Assembly (NCBI GenBank): GCA_963682135.1
Contig: OY821645.1
Location: 1,792,001 to 1,856,000, forward strand
Source of the DNA: Methanothrix sp.
GTDB lineage: Archaea > Halobacteriota > Methanosarcinia > Methanotrichales > Methanotrichaceae
Direction of reading: 5' to 3'
Length of the DNA stretch: 64,000 bases
The notes below the pieces were generated by a model. The model was not told the origin of the DNA. It ran no database searches and saw nothing but the letters and a program-made list of their open reading frames with translations. This document shows positions 1 to 9,489 of this stretch, piece by piece. Within the stretch, counting starts at the first letter, position 1. Each line of letters opens with the position of its first letter. Position numbers and translations under genes: made by a program.

Positions 1-1
1 A

Positions 2-1174
2 GGATTCCTGATTATCCTCCTCTTATCAGGTACTTTAGCAATGGGCGCCGTTTTCTACAGCTATGCCGGCTCCTGGGCTATCCCCCAAGAAGATTATAAA
101 GCGATCCAGTGGTTGAAGGATCAAAACTATAGCGATGCCGTATGCATTAACCTTGATGAGACAGGAGCCTGGATCTACCCGCTCACAGGAATCAAGGTCA
201 CTCAACCGCGCATGGCATATGCGGCAGCCGCGTCATTCGATTGGAACTCATTTCCGCTAATTAGAGCAGATTCAGGCAGCTCTCTGTTGGATGACGTGTC
301 GAGCAGCTTTGGAATAAGTGGCGACAAGCCCGCGGTAGGTGATTGGAACGGGGACGGAATGGATGAGATAGGAGTTCTACGAAATGGCAATTGGTACTTA
401 GACTATAACGGCAACATAGTCTGGGATGAGTCGGGCGACGTATCGAGCAGCTTTGGAATAAGCGGCGATCAGCCTGCAGTAGGAGATTGGAACGGAGATG
501 GCAAGGGTGAGATCGGCGTCTTCCGAAACGGCACTTGGTACCTGGACTATAATGGCAACTGCGCCTCGGACGCGGGTGACATGTCAACCTACTTCGGAAT
601 AAGCGGCGATCAACCTGCAGTAGGAGATTGGAACGGAGATGGCAAGGGTGAGATAGGAGTTCTACGAAACGACACTTGGTACCTGGACTATAATGGCAAC
701 TGCGCCTCGGACGCGGGTGACATGTCAACCTGCTTCGGAATAAGCGGCGATCAGCCTGCAGTAGGAGATTGGAACGGGGACGGCAAGGATGAGATCGGCG
801 TCATCCGAAACGGCACTTGGTACCTGGACTATAATGGCAATAGAGTCGGGGACTTGGGGGACATGTCAAGCCGCTTTGGAATGAGCGGCGATCAGCCTGC
901 AGTAGGAGATTGGAACGGAGACGGCAAGGATGAGATCGGCGTCTTCCGAAACGGCACTTGGTACCTGGACTATAATGGCAGCAAACCCGGATACCCTCGT
1001 CATTTAGTCTACATATCGAGCGTGTCGGTTTCAAGACCAGGATATAAGCCGCCCTTTGCGGAATATATTCAGGTTTATCCCACGGCAAACTTGAGCTATC
1101 CTGAAGATCTCTATGATCGGATGTACGACAAGGGAGCTTTTATCTTTGGCTTCCCGAAAGGGGCCTTTGTCTGA
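2..1174 (+). CDS. 5'-truncated membrane protein (probable GT-C-like), C-terminal extracellular part with five GDWNGDG (FG-GAP/VCBS-like) repeats
   Basis: Frame is open from position 2 (GFLIILLLSGTLAMG, a hydrophobic TM segment), so the start lies before the window. Post-TM segment EDYKAIQWLK...GAWIYPLTG; five repeats of FGISGDQPAVGDWNGDGKxEIGVxRNGTWYLDYNG. Confidence 0.75.
   Translation, partial: GFLIILLLSGTLAMGAVFYSYAGSWAIPQEDYKAIQWLKDQNYSDAVCINLDETGAWIYPLTGIKVTQPRMAYAAAASFDWNSFPLIRADSGSSLLDDVSSSFGISGDKPAVGDWNGDGMDEIGVLRNGNWYLDYNGNIVWDESGDVSSSFGISGDQPAVGDWNGDGKGEIGVFRNGTWYLDYNGNCASDAGDMSTYFGISGDQPAVGDWNGDGKGEIGVLRNDTWYLDYNGNCASDAGDMSTCFGISGDQPAVGDWNGDGKDEIGVIRNGTWYLDYNGNRVGDLGDMSSRFGMSGDQPAVGDWNGDGKDEIGVFRNGTWYLDYNGSKPGYPRHLVYISSVSVSRPGYKPPFAEYIQVYPTANLSYPEDLYDRMYDKGAFIFGFPKGAFV
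290..985 (+). repeat. Intragenic tandem repeat, 5 units of ~141 bp (47 aa)
   Basis: GGCGAy anchors at 320, 464, 605, 746 and 887 (spacing 144, 141, 141, 141); near-identical DNA between units. Confidence 0.95.
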
Positions 1175-1206
1175 TGCAAGCGCCATTGCCCATTATCGTA
1201 TTTTAT

Positions 1207-3852
1207 CTATGGCATTATAATTAGGTCTTGGACGGCGACGCTCAGGCATCTGCAATCGCTACTGTTAAGCTCCGGCATATCACAAGGCTTCTCGCAGCCT
1301 TCCGGCACGCGGAATCTTATTAGATTTTCGCCCCTTGTCAGGCGGATCGGTTGGGTGAGATCAGCAAATTCCGTGGTAACGTTGAGCCTGACTTCAGGAA
1401 TAGCTTCCGAGGATAGCCCCAGAGATCTGGGCCGGGCAAAACTTTGGGCCCGCAAGCTCAAATTGGCGCTGCGGTTTTCCTCAGAATATGCGATGATGGT
1501 CGCATCGTCATCCATCCAGCGAGTCAGCGTTCCGTTCCAGTTCTCTGAATCATGCCAGCCGGAGATAAATTCAATAGATGATTGATCTTTGTCTGAACCG
1601 ACATTGCTTTCCTGCAAACTCGAATTATCTCCTCTTTCGCGTATCAATAGATTGGTAATGCCCACGCTGAGACACCGGCCGTCGATGTTGTTAAGCTTAG
1701 GAATGTCGGAAGGCCTGTTGCAGCCTTCTGGCACATCAAAGCGTACCTGGTTTGTTCCGCGCTTGAGATCAATGGGCATTTGCACAGCGATGGAGCTGGT
1801 GGGCACAATTTCCTTAGCAATGAGTTTGTCCTGGCTGAATGCCTGAAGGGTTCTCTTTGTATTGAAGCTCTGCACGCGCAAGCTTAGAATCGCCTGCATT
1901 TCCCGATCCGAATATATGGTTAGAGTCGCATTGCCCTTCATCCAGCTAGCAGGCACGCCGTTCCACAGCTCCATCTGATGCCAGCCTTCGGTCCTATCAA
2001 AGCCGTAGGGGGATCGGTTGTCCTTGATTATCGTCGGCTTGTATAACTGATAACCCCTCATCGAGAAGGCCAGAGACTGGTAAGGCAATATCTTCGAAGA
2101 TATTATGTAGCTGACGTTCCTCGCATAATCTGTATAGACGCCGGAAGGATCTTCAGCGGTGGAATAGGTAACCACATTTCCTTTCGCCCAGAATTTAGTA
2201 AACGGCAGCATAACCCGGTCTCTCGTGTCGTCTTCCAGATCCATGAGTATTAAAGAGCTATCATTCGAGAGCTTCTCCAGATACGATCCTATCTGATTCT
2301 GATCATGGAATTCCTTCGAAGCGGCTAGCTCGCTGGGAATAATATATGCAGATATGATTAGAGAGACTAAGATAGTAATAAATAATAGGATAAATCGGTG
2401 TTTCCGATTATAGAGTGATAAATATAATCCTGCTAAGAAGATGGGCATTATAACCGGAACTATGGCCCAGGTGGGCATCAGAGACGCCAGATGCCTGAGA
2501 TATAATATCGGCAGGACATCTTTCCCGGTCTCATAAGGAAAGGTTAAGGCAAATAGGAAGCAAGTGGCCAGATACATCATTACGAACGCGGAAATGACCT
2601 TGAATCGGCTCTCTTTCTTTTGCCCGCTTATCCGATTCAAACCGATGAGACCAAACAAAAATATGGCAGGAACCAGAGGATCTATGTACCGTCCCATGAT
2701 CAGAAAATCGTCTCGATTGCATAAAAGAAGAAGGGAATAGCCATCGGGCAGGTCTCTTATCATCTGGTACATGAAGACGACTACAGCAATAACCATAGCT
2801 ATGCCAGAGAATAGGAAATAAATAAGCGAGAATCTCAGGGCTCTGTCATCTCTCATATCTGTCGAATTCTCATAATCGATGACATTCAGGGAAAAGCCCC
2901 TCGTGATATTCAACACAAAAGCTAGAAGTATTGCAGCACCGAGGAATACAACAAAATAGGAGGAGATCATCAAATACTCCAGCTCATGCAAGAGAAGGAT
3001 GAGGAACTCATTCAAAGAGCTAATGTTAAAAATTATATTGGTGAGATCATTTGAATAAACCTCAAACATATACTGCACTCGCCCGATATAACCCCAAATT
3101 GTTGGATTACTGCTAACAGTTATATATGATATTAAAGATACAATGACGAATAAGAAAGCTAAAAACAATCGATATTTAGATAAAATTAATTTTTTAAATG
3201 CGGGGCCTATCTTATCATATTCCAACTCAAAAATGACTGATGCCGCCAAACCGAATAGCATGGCGATGCCGCTATGCTTGGTGAAAAATAACAGTATTAC
3301 AGATAACACGGCCGCAGAGATCCAAAATCTGGTTTTGGTCCGGTAGGCTTCATGCACAAACCAGATGCTAAAGATGAACAGGGGCAGTAACAGATTTTCG
3401 CACATCAGAGAGAAGTTGTAAAGAATCAGGCATGGCAATACTGCAATGGCAATGCAGCCAACTATGGCGTAATCCTTGGAGCAATACCGCCTCATAATGA
3501 AGTAAGACGGAAACATTATAGAAGTGTTTATAATAATAGTAATTAACAACATGATATGATAAATCACGGTTTTATCAGTTGAAAAAAGGTAAGCGAAAGA
3601 TAACGAAAACGGATATAATATTGGAGCTCCAATGAAGTCGGAGCTCAATGAACTTTCAGCCATTTTGGCATAAACCATCTCATCCTGAAAGAGCCATGGA
3701 GACTGAAACTTCAGAGATACAAATGACTTAATTAGAACAATGACGAGGAAAGCAAGAAGTAACAGTAAATTCTGCCTTGCGGCCATCAGAGAGCCAAGAT
3801 GATCAATTGTTCTAGATCTGAGACGATCGAGTTCCATCGGCTTTGGCTCCAC
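1207..3852 (-). CDS. Multi-pass membrane glycosyltransferase-like protein (GT-C/ArnT-PMT-like) with two C-terminal beta-sandwich domains
   Basis: DE motif after TM1 (PWLFQDEMVY), many TM segments, ENLLLPLF and GRYIDP motifs; two copies of GWH.E.WNG...W...VPEGC..P.D.P.LN..D.RCLSV. Confidence 0.75.
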   Translation of the reverse strand: MEPKPMELDRLRSRTIDHLGSLMAARQNLLLLLAFLVIVLIKSFVSLKFQSPWLFQDEMVYAKMAESSLSSDFIGAPILYPFSLSFAYLFSTDKTVIYHIMLLITIIINTSIMFPSYFIMRRYCSKDYAIVGCIAIAVLPCLILYNFSLMCENLLLPLFIFSIWFVHEAYRTKTRFWISAAVLSVILLFFTKHSGIAMLFGLAASVIFELEYDKIGPAFKKLILSKYRLFLAFLFVIVSLISYITVSSNPTIWGYIGRVQYMFEVYSNDLTNIIFNISSLNEFLILLLHELEYLMISSYFVVFLGAAILLAFVLNITRGFSLNVIDYENSTDMRDDRALRFSLIYFLFSGIAMVIAVVVFMYQMIRDLPDGYSLLLLCNRDDFLIMGRYIDPLVPAIFLFGLIGLNRISGQKKESRFKVISAFVMMYLATCFLFALTFPYETGKDVLPILYLRHLASLMPTWAIVPVIMPIFLAGLYLSLYNRKHRFILLFITILVSLIISAYIIPSELAASKEFHDQNQIGSYLEKLSNDSSLILMDLEDDTRDRVMLPFTKFWAKGNVVTYSTAEDPSGVYTDYARNVSYIISSKILPYQSLAFSMRGYQLYKPTIIKDNRSPYGFDRTEGWHQMELWNGVPASWMKGNATLTIYSDREMQAILSLRVQSFNTKRTLQAFSQDKLIAKEIVPTSSIAVQMPIDLKRGTNQVRFDVPEGCNRPSDIPKLNNIDGRCLSVGITNLLIRERGDNSSLQESNVGSDKDQSSIEFISGWHDSENWNGTLTRWMDDDATIIAYSEENRSANLSLRAQSFARPRSLGLSSEAIPEVRLNVTTEFADLTQPIRLTRGENLIRFRVPEGCEKPCDMPELNSSDCRCLSVAVQDLIIMP

Positions 3853-3948
3853 TGTCTACCTCGCATCTGCTCCTTTGATACGCGCTTATGGACACAAAGA
3901 TATGTGTGAAAGCAGATATTAATAAGAGTATCGGATTCTCAGCCCAAT

Positions 3949-5013
3949 TGTGTAGTCCCGAAACCTTTGACTTTATATACCCATCAAAGGGGCATGGGAA
4001 AGAAGAATAAAGTTGTAAAGCTAACAGATAGGAAGATCAGATATATCATTCGGGCCAAAAAGAGAGGCGAGAGCACCAAAAGAATCGCGGAGGATATGAA
4101 GTTAAGTCCGTCCTCTGTGAAACGTGTCTGGATGCACTGGACGAAAACCAAGATGCCCCTAAACATTAAGAAATTTGGGCGAAAGAGAATGACCCTGGAT
4201 GAAGAGTCAGTTAAGCTGATACTTGAAGTCCACAAAGAGCAAAATTTAGGCGCAAGACGACTGGAAAAGATCATCGAGTTCACACATGGAACGCATATCC
4301 CTCACAATGCTATTCATAAGGAACTGCTATCTCATGGCTTGGCCAATGTGAACCGCAACAAATCGAAGCGCAGAAAACCCTGGATTAGGTTCGAACGCAA
4401 GCACAGCCTGTCCATGGTGCATCTGGATTGGCATACAAGCATTCACGATGGAAAAAAGGTGTTCATCTGCTTGGTCCTTGATGATAGTTCGCGGCGCATT
4501 CTCGCGGGCGGGGAGTTCGATGCCGAAACAACAGATAACGCTTTGCTACTCCTCAAAGAAGCCATGGGCAGATTTGGCTGGCTGACAAGTATTGAGCAGG
4601 TGCTGACCGACAGAGGGACACAATTCTATGCAAACAAGCGAGACAAGAACGGCGATGCTGATAGCAGATTTGAAGATTTTCTTGAGGCGAATAAAATCAA
4701 GCATATCAAGGCTCGCGTTAAGCATCCTCAGACCAATGGAAAACTGGAAAAATGGAACGACACTTATGAACGTAACAGGTTTAGATTCGAGAATTTTGAC
4801 AATTTCATGAATTGGTATAATACAGTTAGATTTCATGAGTCCCTTGATACAAAATGGTATCTACAGACGCCAGATATCGCATTCTGGTCAAGATTGCCAG
4901 AAGGATGCAAATTGGGAATGTTCCTGAATCGGATGGAGACTGAATTAAATGGTTGATAAAGAATTTAATTTGCGGACCGGAGTATATAAAGTCCAAACAT
5001 TCGGGACTATACA
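3949..5013 (+). mobile_element. IS481-family insertion sequence, complete
   Basis: TGT...ACA ends; 32-bp imperfect TIRs (3949-3980 and 4982-5013, 27/32 match); 15-bp direct repeat GATTCTCAGCCCAAT at 3934-3948 and 5014-5028. Confidence 0.93.
3994..4956 (+). CDS. IS481-family DDE transposase
   Basis: N-terminal HTH; rve-like core VHLDW...LDDSSR...LTDRGTQF...HPQTNGKLEKWN. ATG at 3994 preferred over TTG at 3967, which lies inside the TIR. Confidence 0.9.
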   Translation: MGKKNKVVKLTDRKIRYIIRAKKRGESTKRIAEDMKLSPSSVKRVWMHWTKTKMPLNIKKFGRKRMTLDEESVKLILEVHKEQNLGARRLEKIIEFTHGTHIPHNAIHKELLSHGLANVNRNKSKRRKPWIRFERKHSLSMVHLDWHTSIHDGKKVFICLVLDDSSRRILAGGEFDAETTDNALLLLKEAMGRFGWLTSIEQVLTDRGTQFYANKRDKNGDADSRFEDFLEANKIKHIKARVKHPQTNGKLEKWNDTYERNRFRFENFDNFMNWYNTVRFHESLDTKWYLQTPDIAFWSRLPEGCKLGMFLNRMETELNG

Positions 5014-5111
5014 GATTCTCAGCCCAATCGACCGAAATTTCCGAGATCCGAAATGATGGTTATTTTATTATTTTACAGGTATCATGCACAGCGTTGCAGT
5101 TGGGCTTCCTC

Positions 5112-5870
5112 TCAGAATAAGGACGCTAACAAGAGAGTCACCAGCCCCATAGCAATACAGAACCTTGAGAAGTTAACCTTTTCCGCGAATCTGATCAAAA
5201 GATCCATGCAAAGGTATCCTGTGACAAAGGACGCCAAAATCGCCAGAGCAACAGACCCGGGGGGCACAGCGGTAACGGAATGATCCAGGACTAACGCGCC
5301 CAGGACGGCAGGCACGCTTATCATGAAGGAGATGACCAGAGCCATATCCTGCCGGATGTTCCTTATGAGAAGCACAGTGAGCGTTGTCCCGGATCGAGAT
5401 ACACCCGGCAAAATGGAGAAACCCTGGGCCAGTCCCAGTAGAATCATATCGGTGGTTTTCATATCCTCGATGCTCCTGGATCCGGACCCTTTGAACCTGA
5501 GAAGCAGCCCGGTAATAATTAGCAGGCCTCCAATCAACAGTGTGGCTTCTTTACCCCCGTTGAAACTCTCTTTGAAAAGGAAGTAAAGCGGCATTCCGGT
5601 TATGCCTGTAAAGATCGTGCAGACAACCAGGATTCTGGTCATGCGGGAGTGTATGTTCTTTAGCACATCCAAGAACTCGCCTCTGAACTTGACCAGGACT
5701 GCAGACATGGTGCCGATGTGGAGCAGAATGGAGTAAGAAAGGGCCTCTGCAGGGGTGATGCCCAGCCACTTCATCATGACAAGCATTGTCTGGCCTTCGC
5801 TGCTTATCGGTATCCATTCTGTTATCCCCTGGAGCATCCCCAGTAAAACCACCTGTATTGCATCCATCAT
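5112..5870 (-). CDS. uppP: Undecaprenyl/polyprenyl-diphosphate phosphatase (BacA/UppP family)
   Basis: LGMLQGITEWIPISSEG and AQGFSILPGVSRSGTT signature motifs; start taken at MMDAIQ. Confidence 0.92.
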   Translation of the reverse strand: MMDAIQVVLLGMLQGITEWIPISSEGQTMLVMMKWLGITPAEALSYSILLHIGTMSAVLVKFRGEFLDVLKNIHSRMTRILVVCTIFTGITGMPLYFLFKESFNGGKEATLLIGGLLIITGLLLRFKGSGSRSIEDMKTTDMILLGLAQGFSILPGVSRSGTTLTVLLIRNIRQDMALVISFMISVPAVLGALVLDHSVTAVPPGSVALAILASFVTGYLCMDLLIRFAEKVNFSRFCIAMGLVTLLLASLF

Positions 5871-6031
5871 CACATAGGAAATCTCAGGAAATATATCATA
5901 GTTTTGAAGGATGGCATCAACCAAAGGAGTACCCCGTTCGGCGAAAGAGAGAATTGCAGAGAAGATAGACTGCTAAATCAGCAATCAAAGCAATTGTCGC
6001 TCATGCCGTCATCTTTTGCAGATAGGCAAGC

Positions 6032-6039
6032 TTAATATA
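6032..6039 (+). promoter_or_regulatory. Probable archaeal TATA box for the aglH-wzz-wzx operon
   Basis: TTAATATA ~30 bp upstream of ATG 6068, preceded by purine-rich GGCAAG. Confidence 0.45.
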
Positions 6040-6067
6040 CTGTAACACCAATCGACGGCTTGATATT

Positions 6068-7057
6068 ATGGAGATTGTGATCACTCTCTGCGTGCTCGTT
6101 AGTTTCCTGGCCACCTGGGTAGTTGCCAGGAAGTGGATTCGCAAAGCACCGGAGATCGGCCTCCTCGGCTTCGACATGAACAAGCCCGGCATGCCCAAGG
6201 TGGCCGAGATGGGAGGAATTTGCGTTGTCTTTGGATTCGTTCTGGGCATACTCATCTACATCGGCCTGATGACATTTTATCTGCACATGCAGGATTATGT
6301 GGCGATTCTGGCCGTGCTCGCTACCATACTCAGCATGTGCATAATCGGCATGATGGACGATCTGTTGGGCTGGAAGAAGGGGCTGCGACAGTGGCAGAAA
6401 CCGATCTTCACTCTCTTTGCCGCCATGCCGATGATGGTAATTAACGCAGGACATTCCACCATGAACCTGCCGATCATAGGTGTTGTGGATTGGGGCATCA
6501 TGTATCCACTCTTGATAGTCCCCATCGGAATAGTAGGAGCTTCAAATGCGTACAACATGGTGGCAGGATATAATGGTCTGGAAGCTGGAATGGGGGTAAT
6601 AATACTATCCACACTTGGCTATTTTGCATTTATTAACGCCAAACAAAGTGCTATGATGCTGGCCATATGCATGGTCTGCGCGCTGATGGCATTCCTGTAT
6701 TTCAATTGGTATCCTGCTAAGGTATTTCCTGGCGATACGATGACCTACTCCGTGGGAGCGCTGGCCGCATGCGTTGCCATATTAGGGGATATGGAGAAGA
6801 TCGCAGTTGTGCTCTTCCTGCCCTATGCTTTCGACTTCATCATTCAGGCAACGGGCGGGTTTCGCAAGGAAGCGTTCGCCAAAGTAAACGAGGACGCAAG
6901 CCTGGAGAAACCTTATAAAGGATTATATCACCTCACGCATCTGGCAATAGTGGTGTTGATGCAGTTAAAGAGCAAGGTGTATGAGAGAGACGTGGTGCTA
7001 TTCTTGTGCGGGATAGAGATGGCTATAGCAGGATTGTGTGGTTATATATATTTATAA
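6068..7057 (+). CDS. aglH: Polyprenyl-phosphate HexNAc-1-phosphate transferase (MraY/Alg7/AglH family)
   Basis: GFDMNK, VAEMGG, GMMDD, NAYNMVAGYNGLEAG and FNWYPAKVFPGDT motifs of the archaeal/eukaryotic GPT branch. Confidence 0.88.
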   Translation: MEIVITLCVLVSFLATWVVARKWIRKAPEIGLLGFDMNKPGMPKVAEMGGICVVFGFVLGILIYIGLMTFYLHMQDYVAILAVLATILSMCIIGMMDDLLGWKKGLRQWQKPIFTLFAAMPMMVINAGHSTMNLPIIGVVDWGIMYPLLIVPIGIVGASNAYNMVAGYNGLEAGMGVIILSTLGYFAFINAKQSAMMLAICMVCALMAFLYFNWYPAKVFPGDTMTYSVGALAACVAILGDMEKIAVVLFLPYAFDFIIQATGGFRKEAFAKVNEDASLEKPYKGLYHLTHLAIVVLMQLKSKVYERDVVLFLCGIEMAIAGLCGYIYL

Positions 7058-7080
7058 AAAAACGTGCCTGAGGCTGTATA

Positions 7081-7911
7081 ATGGATGATGAAATTGATCT
7101 GCGTGATATATTCGGTGTTCTCTGGAAGAGGCGCCTCCTGATCATCGGCGTCTTTGTGGTAGCTGTCCTGGCGGCAGGCGTGATAAGCTTCGTCATGCCA
7201 CCTACATATGAGGTCTCCGGCATTGTCGCCCTGGGCAACTTTGGTGAGCCTATCTATACAGACCAGGCAGCTGCAACGGATATCATGCTGAGCGATGAAT
7301 TTCTTTTAGATTTAATTGGAAAACTCAACCTCAGCATAACTCCGGGCAACTACAGTGGATTTAAGGAAAGCATCAAAATCGAACCTGTAAAAGGAACGGA
7401 TAGCCTCCTTATGATCTCTATTGAGACAAAGGACAAGCAGCAAGGGATTGAGGTCATCGACGGGATTGTGCGCCTCTTCGCCAACCGCAGCGAAGTAAGC
7501 TACAATAAACAAATGAAGATCCTGTCAGACCAGTTGGCAGTCACTGATGAAAACCTGAATATAATTGAGGGGGATATAAATCAAACTCGAGACGTGCTCA
7601 AAGGCGTCGTAGAGGTATCAGGTGAGAGCGCAGGTACATTTTCGATTGATAACGAAGTGCGCGTCTCGCGTACTTTAGATTATTTACAGGCAGAAGAGAC
7701 CAGGCGCTCGGCACTAATTGATCGCGATTTAGACCTTAAAAAGCAATTGACTTTGTCGAGGCACCTGGATGTCGTGCAAAAGCCAACCGAACCCCTCGCA
7801 CCCATATGGCCTAAGAAGGCCCTGATTGTGGCCGTTGCAGGGATCCTCGGCCTGATGATAGGCATATTTGCGGCGTTCCTGAGGGAGGGGCTCGGGAAGC
7901 GGACAGGGTGA
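7081..7911 (+). CDS. wzz: Wzz-like polysaccharide chain-length determinant
   Basis: DDEIDLRDIFGVLWKRR N-terminus, TM-PPTY, coiled-coil middle, and P..P..PKKALI...GILGLMIG C-terminal TM. Confidence 0.88.
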   Translation: MDDEIDLRDIFGVLWKRRLLIIGVFVVAVLAAGVISFVMPPTYEVSGIVALGNFGEPIYTDQAAATDIMLSDEFLLDLIGKLNLSITPGNYSGFKESIKIEPVKGTDSLLMISIETKDKQQGIEVIDGIVRLFANRSEVSYNKQMKILSDQLAVTDENLNIIEGDINQTRDVLKGVVEVSGESAGTFSIDNEVRVSRTLDYLQAEETRRSALIDRDLDLKKQLTLSRHLDVVQKPTEPLAPIWPKKALIVAVAGILGLMIGIFAAFLREGLGKRTG

Positions 7912-7929
7912 GGGAGAACGTCAGGCAAG

Positions 7930-9489
7930 ATGAAAGGCTCGAGCGAGATTGAGGGAGGGAACACCAGGGTCAGCGGCAGCCAGATTGCTCGCAACACGCT
8001 TCTGAACCTGATCGGCCAAGCGGTGCCTCTGCTCGTGGCAGTGATCGCCATCCCTCTCATCGTGAAGGGACTGGGCACGGAGCGTTTCGGACTGCTCACC
8101 CTCACCTGGGTGGTTATGGGCTACTTTACCATCTTCGACCTGGGACTGGGAAGGGCCACGACCAAATATGTGGCTGAGGCCTTGGGCAAGGGCGAGGATG
8201 ATCAAGTACCTCAGATCATCTGGACCGCGGTCACCTTTCAGGCGATTCTGGGTATTGTTGGTACACTTGCGTTGTTCGGGAGCACGGACTTTCTAGTGGG
8301 AAGCGTCCTGAACATCCCAACACAGCTTCTGGGCGAAGCCAGGGATACCTTCCACCTGCTGGCATTTGCTATTCCTGTAGTTATGATATCCAGCTCATTC
8401 AGCGGTGTGATAGAGGCAACACAAAGGTTTGATCTGATAAATGTAGTGAAGATCCCGTCCAGCATTCTAACTTACCTTCTCCCTTTAGTGGGCTTGTTTC
8501 TAGGATTTAACTTACCTGGCATCGTAGCCTTAATTTTGCTGGCAAGGTTAGCAACATTAGTTGCCTTTATGGTGATGAGCCATCGCGTCGTTCCTAAGCT
8601 AAGTGAGTATTCGGTATCATTCAACCGCTTCTATAGTCTCTTTACATATGGTGGTTGGGTTACGGTAAGCAGTGTGGTCAGTCCCGTTCTGGTTTACCTG
8701 GACCGGTTACTGATCGGATCGCTTCTTACAATCGCTGCGGTAGCATATTACACAGCCCCTTATGAGGCGGTTACCCGCCTCTCGATCATCTCGTTTAGTC
8801 TGACCATGACGTTATTTCCGGCTTTTAGCACCTTGGAAGGCGTAAAAGATAGGCAGAAAATGGGCAAATTCTTTGCTCGTTCCATTAAATATGTCCTCTT
8901 AGCCACAGGACCGATTGTAATATTGGTAGTTCTCTTCGCCAAGGAGATCCTACAAATATGGTTGGGGACTGATTTTGCAGCAAAAAGCACAGTGGCAATG
9001 CAGGTGCTGGTATTGGGTGTGCTGATCAATTCTCTTGCTCTAACGCCTTTTGCGCTCCTTCAGGGCATAGGACGCCCGGATCTTCCGGCTAAGTTTCATC
9101 TGCTGGAGCTTCCCGTTTATATCGGTATAGCCTGGATTTTGGTGAATGAATTTGGCATCGCAGGAGCTGCAGGGGCCTGGACGGTGCGTGTGGCGTTGGA
9201 TGCACTCTTGCTGTTTGCAGCCACCTCCAAAGTATGCCAATTCTCACCTCGCCTTCTCGCAGAAAACGGCATAACACTTGCGGTTTTTGAGCTCGTAATG
9301 CTTGCTGGCATCGTATATGCACTTAAGACTTATGCCTATACGCTTCCCCTGCTCGTTCAATGCTTGCTAGTTATCGGACTTCTGGCCACTTTTGCCCTTT
9401 TTGCCTGGAATTACGTTATGGATAATTCGGATCGAAGAGTGGTTCTTAAGGTAATAAAGCTGAAGAAGTCATTGGAGAGCACATCATGA
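7930..9489 (+). CDS. wzx: Wzx-type oligosaccharide flippase (MOP superfamily)
   Basis: ARNTLLNLIGQ, LGTERFG, DLGLGRATTKYVA, YLDRLLIG and YYTAPYE motifs; many TM segments. Confidence 0.92.
   Translation: MKGSSEIEGGNTRVSGSQIARNTLLNLIGQAVPLLVAVIAIPLIVKGLGTERFGLLTLTWVVMGYFTIFDLGLGRATTKYVAEALGKGEDDQVPQIIWTAVTFQAILGIVGTLALFGSTDFLVGSVLNIPTQLLGEARDTFHLLAFAIPVVMISSSFSGVIEATQRFDLINVVKIPSSILTYLLPLVGLFLGFNLPGIVALILLARLATLVAFMVMSHRVVPKLSEYSVSFNRFYSLFTYGGWVTVSSVVSPVLVYLDRLLIGSLLTIAAVAYYTAPYEAVTRLSIISFSLTMTLFPAFSTLEGVKDRQKMGKFFARSIKYVLLATGPIVILVVLFAKEILQIWLGTDFAAKSTVAMQVLVLGVLINSLALTPFALLQGIGRPDLPAKFHLLELPVYIGIAWILVNEFGIAGAAGAWTVRVALDALLLFAATSKVCQFSPRLLAENGITLAVFELVMLAGIVYALKTYAYTLPLLVQCLLVIGLLATFALFAWNYVMDNSDRRVVLKVIKLKKSLESTS

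Noticed and set aside
290-985. Tandem repeats here and at 25213-25947 and 57715-58600 as CRISPR arrays or DGR template/variable repeats
   Set aside because: Units are in-frame multiples of 3 with no unique spacers, no adenine-specific variation pattern was evident, and there is no cas or reverse-transcriptase gene in the window.
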